Source: the human T2T-CHM13v2.0 reference genome, Homo sapiens
Assembly (NCBI RefSeq): GCF_009914755.1
Contig: NC_060941.1
Length of the DNA: 64,000 nt
Strand: one strand, 5' to 3'
The notes beneath the pieces are model-generated. The model made no database searches and was not told where the DNA came from. It saw only the letters and a program-made list of their open reading frames with translations. Shown here piece after piece: positions 54,738-64,000 of the stretch. Numbering within the stretch: the stretch's first letter is position 1; each line of letters starts with the position of its first letter. The position numbers and the translations under genes are program-made.

Positions 54738-55305
<568 letters not shown>

Positions 55306-55796
55306 TAATTTTTGTATTTTTAGTAGAGACGGGGTTTCACCGTGTTGGCCAGGCTGGTCTCCAACTCCTGACCCCATGATCCACCTGCCTCGGCCTCCCA
55401 AAGTGCTGGGATTACAGGCGTGAGCCACTGCACCCAGCCTAATTTTATATTTTTAGTAGAGGTGGGGTTTCTCCATGTTGGTCAGGCTGGTCTCGAACTC
55501 CCGACCTCAGGTGTTCTGCCCACCTCGACCTCCCAAAGTGCTGGGATTACAGGCGTGAGCCACTGCACCCAGCCTGTGTCCCCTTTCTTTAAGGGTATTT
55601 CCCAGAGGTTGCTTCTGCTTACATCCCATTGGCCCAGACTCAGTTCCATGGCTACATTTAGCTTCAAGGGAGCCTAGGAAATGTAGCTTTTATTCTGGGA
55701 AGTCCTGTGTTCTATTACACTGGAAGAAGAGGAGAATGGAAATTAGAAGGCCCCTAGCAATCTCAGCCAGAATCATATCATCATATCACCTACTAA

Positions 55797-56036
<240 letters not shown>

Positions 56037-57826
56037 TGAGTAGCTGGGACTACAGGCAGCCCCCACCACACCTGGCTAATTTTTGTATTTTTAGTAGAGA
56101 CGGGGTTTCACCATATTAGCCAGGCTGGTCTCGAACTCCTGATCTTGTGATCCACCTGCCTCGGCCTCCCAAAGTGCTAGGATTACAGGCATGAGCCACC
56201 GTGCCCGGCTGACAGTTTCTTATTTAATTATTTGTTTATTATGATCTATTGCTGCCTCTAGAACATAAGCTTCATGGGGGCAGGTCCTTTGCCATCCTTG
56301 TCTGTAGTCATGTCGCCAGTGCCTAGGCACAGAGCCTGGCAAAGGCGGGCTCTACATTTTTACTGAATGAATGATTGAACGACTCCCCACAATAATGATT
56401 TGAGAATGCATTCTCGTTCCCATCTTAACAAGTGGGGAAAATGAGACTCAGAGAAATTAAATAACTTGCCTAAGGACAGTTGGCAGTAGGGCCAAGATTT
56501 GAACCTTGCTCTCTGTGGCTCCAGCACTCTTTCAACTCTTTCCACTTCACATGCTGGCTCCCCTGATGTCTCAGCTGCACCCTGGATCAAGTTAGATGCC
56601 AGGAAACATGGCTGGGTGCGGTGGCTCATGCCTGTAATTCCCAGCACTTTGGGAGGCTGAGGCAGCAGGATTCCTTGAGCTCAGGAGTTCGAGACCAACC
56701 TGGACAACATAGGGAGACCCCCATCTCTATTAAAAAAAAAAAAAAAAGAAAAGAAAAGAAGGCAGGAGGCAATCACCTGGAATCTCTTAGTGCAATTTCC
56801 CCGGGAAATTCCACCCCAAGTTCTCACTAATATCATTCCTATAGCCTCTAATGGGATCAACATAATACCTTCCTGCAAATCAATGGGTGAGGATGTCACA
56901 CAGAATCCATGAAATCAATCCTGCTGGAAGTAAGTACCGGATACTGTCTGAAACTCCAGATGAACTGATAGGTTTCTTTATTTCAGACAGAGAAGGGCCA
57001 TCTAAGTCATCAGGTTTCCCTTTTTACCTTGGCTGCTAGGAAACTTCGAGTTTTAAGTAAGCACCCAGAACGCAGAGGCAGCCTCAACCTCAGGTAAAGT
57101 GCTGTAATGAACAGAATGTATGTGATTTGGAACCAGGGAGCCTAAACTTGAGTCTCAGCCAATGCTCCTGTGAGCAAGACATTCAAACTTCTCTGGACCT
57201 TAGAACCGAGGTGATAAACACGTAACTCCTCCGTCCCAGGGCTGTTAAGAGGGTTAAGTGAGCTAATGTATTGGCAAGCTCTCCAGAAATGATTTGATGC
57301 TGCATAATGGTCAGACTGTGTCACATGCAGTCACAGGGTACAGTCAGCTCACAGGGGCTGAGCTGTAGCTTCTCATGTCCCAGGAATTATTAAACAAGAG
57401 AATGAAGTGGTCAGGGAAGGCTTCAAGGAAGAGACACCTTGAAGGATGGGTGGAACCCTCTGATGGAGAAAATTTGACAGCGTCATTCCTGTACCCTGTA
57501 GTGCTGACCTCCCAGGTCACCTCTAATTCCCATCCTGGCCTGCATCTTCCCATCCTTTTAGGTACCCTCTAACCATTACTAATCCCACTGTCTAGTCTCT
57601 GTCCCCAGGGGTGAAAATCAGCCCACGGGTGGATAGAGCTGCCCTCAGATGGCTCACAAGTTTCCAGAGACCCAGGGGTTCAAAATGACCAAGTCAACCA
57701 GCAGTTACTATTCCTTTATTCGTTCAACACCTGCTCACACGGTCGGGCATGGTGGCTCATGCCTGTAATCCCAGCCCAGCACTTTGGGAGGCCCCGGCGG
57801 GTGGATTGCTTGAGCCCAGGAGTTTA

Positions 57827-58076
<250 letters not shown>

Positions 58077-58080
58077 TTAG

Positions 58081-58225
58081 ATGCTTGAGGGGATGGATAC
58101 CCCATTCTCCATGATGTGCTTATTTCACATTGCATGCCTGTGTCAAAACACCTCATGTACCCCTTACATGTACCCCATAAATATATACAATTACTATGTA
58201 CCCACAAAAATTAAAATAAAAAAAA
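58081..58225 (+). mobile_element. L1MA/L1PB-type 3'-end fragment with A-tail, followed by an Alu
   Basis: gatggataccccatt..cctcatgtaccccataaatatataca..tatgtacccacaaaaattaaaa resembles the recalled old-primate L1 3' terminus. Confidence 0.7.
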
Positions 58226-58367
58226 GGAGGCTAGACGCAGTGACTCATGCCTGTAATCCCAGCATTTTTGGAGGCTAAGGCGAGTGGATCACCTGAGGTC
58301 AGGAGCTTGAGACCAGCATGGCTAACATCGCAAAATCCTGTCTCTACTAAAATACAAAAATTAGCTA

Positions 58368-58508
<141 letters not shown>

Positions 58509-60119
58509 TCAAAAAAATAAAAATAAAATAAAAAATAAATAAGGAGAGTTTAGTCTTGGAAAAAGCCCCAGCCCAGGATGAGAGGCTGAAATCTGGGCTC
58601 TCCCCAACTAGCAACATCTGACCCTCAACTTCCTCATCCATACAAAAGACTTAATCACACATCACAAAGACCATCCTCAATAAGGGGTGCTGTCTTTACT
58701 GTCAGCCTGTACTCAATCTTCCTAAAACTTGAAGAAAGTAGGGTACAGAGAGGTGAAGTAAATTCCCCGAGGTCACACAGCTCATAAGCAGCAGAGCTGG
58801 ATTGGGACTGGGGATTCACACACTGAAACTTGGGATGGGGGTAGGGAGGGGAAACTCTCCAGGAAATGGCTCTTCTCAGTCGGTGAGATTTTGAGGTCAA
58901 ACCAGCTGGAGGGAGCCAGGCTCTGGCGGGGCAGCAGCAGACCGGAAACCACAGCCGACTAAGACTGACCTTGGCCTGTAGGGCTGGCTGGGTAGGGCGG
59001 GGACGGCCTTGGTTCCCAGCCCTGATTCACTACGTCATTGAAGTCGGTGGCTGAAGACCTCAGCTCTGTCTACTCAGGCTTAGGTGGCCGGGACGCAGGC
59101 CTGGCGTAGGGGGGCGCCTGGAAGGGCCTGCATGCAGGTGCAGAGAACCTGCAGGGCGTGAGACCCGCGTAGGGAGAGTACCTATCCTATGTCTGGGGGG
59201 AATCTATGCTGGGGAGCCCTGTGGAGGAGGACCTATGGCCGGCGGCCCCCTCTTCCTTCCCCTGACCCTGCACTCCTGGCTCCCTCCCACTTCTGACCCT
59301 TCCAGCTGTTCCATGTGGCCTCAGGATAAAGTTCAAGTTCCTCCTTCTGACCTGGCCCCTGCTGTGAACTTGCTCTCCGTCCCCAGCCTGCCCTACTGGT
59401 CCTGTCTCTGCGCACTCCCTTAGCTTCATTCACTTTAAAATTGAGCTCAGGCCTCTCTGCAGTCCAGCTTCCACTCCTTCTTCGACTTGGACCTGGCGTG
59501 GACGACTGGCCTTCCTCTCCTCTCTCCTGAAGCCCGTCGGACCTCCGCCATGCATGCCTCCCCTTCTGCTAGGTCCTGAGGACCCACCTGTGACTCAGTC
59601 ACCCTCTGCTTTCAGGGCAGCAGGCACACAGTGGCTCAGAACAAAGGGTGATGGAGGCTGACTGCCTGTGGTCACTGCTGGGGAAGCTGCCTCTGCACTG
59701 CCCCAGCCCCGACCAAGGCGTGACCCTTTGAAATACCCGGAACCACAGAACAACCTCCTCTGCTGTGGGGTAAAGGTAGAGGTCGAGGGTCAGCCCCAGG
59801 CAGCATCCCAGGTGCCATCAGAGGGCCCCTGATGCTTGGAGCCAGGGTAGGGAGGCGCTGTGTCTAGAAGGGTGCACTTGGGCTCCCCTGGACAACACTG
59901 GCTGTGTGAAAGGAACCCCAGCATTAAGGAGGGGTTCCCCCACCCCTGCTATGCACTTTATTTAAAGCCAACCAAACACTGTTAAAATATGAATCACGGG
60001 CCAGTTGCAGTGGCTCACACCTGTAATCCTAGCACTTTGGGAGGCTGAGGTGGGCAGGTCACTTGAAGTCGGGAGTTCGAAACCAGCCTGGCCAACATGG
60101 TGAAACCCAGTCTTTACTA

Positions 60120-60323
<204 letters not shown>

Positions 60324-61037
60324 TCACTGCAGCTGTGAATCCACATTAACCCAAAACAGCAGCAAGTAACTGGACCACCCATACTCCTGGCTAGGCCTGG
60401 GCTGGACAATGGAAGGGGGAGCAGGGGGGTGGGTGGAGGTAAAGGGAAAGTCTCTCTTGCATCTGTGCCCAATATGCCTGCGTGTCCTAGGGTATGTCTG
60501 TATGACAAGGCAGCGGCTGGTGTACCCAAGGGGGTGAGGATGGCATTGTGGGCGATCAGCTCCCATCTTCCCTCTGGCTTGCCCCTGTCTTTTTTCCCCT
60601 ACAAATCCCCTGGTTCCTGGTGCCTCTCGATGGCTGACCCAACCTTCCTCAGGGCAGGTAGCTCCTCTTCTCAGTCCTGGCCTCCCATCCAAGCCCATGA
60701 GGGCCCCTTCCTTGCTGGAAAAACTCTGTCTGTGTTAGTCCTGGAGGAGGGAACAGATAGTTCCCCCAGAAAAGGGCCAAGCCTCCCTTGGGGAGCAGCT
60801 CCAGCCCTTCTTGGTCTGTCCTATCTGCTAAGCCAGATGTTTGGGGCCTCCACCTGACAGCTGATGGCAGGGTCTGTCACAGGGCCAGGGCTATGGGTGT
60901 GTCCCCCACTGTGTGTGTTTGGCAGGGCAGGTAGGGGAGCAGTTAAGCCAATGGCTTTGAGAGGGTCTGGTGTCTTACTAGTTGTGCGACCTTGAATAAG
61001 TTCCCAGAGGTCTCTAAAGTCAAGTTCTTCATCCTTA

Positions 61038-61407
<370 letters not shown>

Positions 61408-61829
61408 TTAGCACAGCTCCATGCACACAGTTGAGTTTGATAAATAGTAGCGATCACTTTTAGGAGAAAACCCCAGTGGGCATGGGGGCTGCTGTGGGAG
61501 TCTTCCCTGTGCTGGGCCCTGAGACCAGGGGCCTCTGCCACCTTCAGAATGCTCCAGGCAGGGCGTTAGATGCCCAAAGGCCTGGCTGATGGAGCAAAAA
61601 CTCTCTGGGCCCCAAACCCCTGGCCCTGGCTTCTCCTCCTTTGTGGACTTTCCCAAGTAGGGGACTTGAGAAGCCCACCCCTAATCCCAGCAGGAAGGTT
61701 GAGCTCTGGGGAGACCTCACAGGGAAAACCCCAGAAATGTCTATTCCTCCTCTGTGCCTCAGTCTCCCTGTGTGGTGGGAAGTCAAGCGGACCCTAGATG
61801 ACTCCACTCAGACTCAGCTGTCCCTCTGA

Positions 61830-62439
<610 letters not shown>

Positions 62440-63740
62440 TGATCCACCTGCTTAGGCTTCCCAAAGTGCTGGAATTACAGGTGTGAGCCCCCGCGCCCTG
62501 CCACCTCTTGTTTCTTTTTGAACAGACTGTGGAGCAGCCAGTCAGGACCCAGAGCCACAGGCCTGTCCCTGCACTGGTTAATTTCAACTGGCTCTGGGCC
62601 CGTGGTGTTGAAGGGGCCCTGGGTGGGGTTGGGTGGGGAGTAGAGACTGGTGTCTATGGGGCCCAGGCTTCTATCTCAGAACCCAGCGCTGTCAGCTGAG
62701 AGACTTGGGAGGGGCCAACATTAACCCATCTTGCTTTGGAGGAAACATACTGGTTCCGATATCAGCCGTGGGGTGGGGCGCGGTTTCCAGTCTGTGCCTC
62801 AGTTTATTCTTTGGAAATAGGAAGAATGGAGTTTCCTAGCCTCCACTTTGAGAAGATGGGGGAAGTTGGTTCATTTATTCATTCAGGTAGTCAATCTACA
62901 AACATTTATTTTGAACCCACTCTGCACCACCCATGTGTCAGGCACTGTGCTAGGCACCTGGGATACAGAAGTTTGAAACCAAAGCTGAGGGACCTGGAAG
63001 CCTCCAAGCCTAGGGGAGAGTAAACACACCTAATCCTGGGTCTGTGCAGAGAGAAGCAGCAGCCCAGAGCCTGTAGGAGCCATTCATGCACCAAGTTACA
63101 CATCATTTTGGCCAGCAAACCCCAGGAATTAGTATGGATTTCCTCCTGTGATTTAGCAGAGAGGTAAACATGCTGGAAGCCTGTAGCAGGTGTGTCAATG
63201 ATGAAATGAGCCGGCGGTTTGGTGGCTCCTGCCATTCCTTCTTCATCTCAGTCAGGAAGGCCTGGAGGGTAGATGCCATGAAGGACTGCCAGTAGCTGTG
63301 ACGTATAAATACCTCTGTCTTCTGCCTCATCTGCCCAGCAGGCCCTGGATTTGCAGGACCTCACCATGGGGGTGTTTGCTCACACCAGGACTCTTCGCCA
63401 CTGGAGGCCACTGACCACACTAAATGTGGCCCCACATCCAGATTTTAATCTCTAATACTTTTCCACTCAAAGGAAATAAGATTCTTAGGATGATAATGGA
63501 TTCTCTGTCTTGGGGTGTGAAAAAGAAAGTCAGGTCCTGGTGCAGTGACTCATGCCTATAATCCCAGCACTTTGGGAGGCTGAGGTGGGAGGACTGCTTG
63601 AGCCTAGGAGGTCGAGACCAGCTGAGCAACATAGTGAGACACTGTCTCTACAAAAAATTTAAAAATCAGCTGGGCTTGGCCGGGCGCAGTGGCTCAAGCC
63701 TATAATTTCAGTACTCTGGGAGGCCGAGGTGGGGGGATCA

Positions 63741-63998
<258 letters not shown>

Positions 63999-64000
63999 GT

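Overview
Human genomic DNA, very Alu-rich, recognisable as the 17q21.31 interval containing the complete SLC4A1 gene (erythrocyte band 3 / anion exchanger AE1) on the minus strand. It has 20 exons; exons 2-20 join to 2736 nt = 911 aa + stop, all introns GT-AG. The erythroid promoter is at ~47.25-47.4 kb, a probable kidney promoter is in intron 3, and the ~2 kb 3'UTR contains an Alu. The left end is a CpG-island promoter, assigned to UBTF only by recalled synteny. It is followed by a processed SHC1 pseudogene (minus strand, ~6.0-9.3 kb), old L1/LTR fragments and a full-length SVA retrotransposon (16.5-18.7 kb). Most notable observation: SLC4A1 intron 7 carries an inverted 50-60 nt copy of the 3' end of exon 12 (46/50 identical; codons 458-477, the TM3 VGFSGP motif), next to a G-quadruplex-type (GGGTCA)3 run. 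The pre-mRNA could therefore fold into a long-range duplex bracketing exons 8-11 and abutting the exon-12 donor. Also noted: the SHC1 retrocopy lacks exactly one 54-nt block that appears to be a whole exon; an out-of-frame uORF overlaps the AE1 start and ends on Met11/Met12; a palindromic double forkhead site lies in the kidney promoter; and three retroelements inserted at nearly the same spot. No database searches were possible, so gene names and novelty rest on recall.
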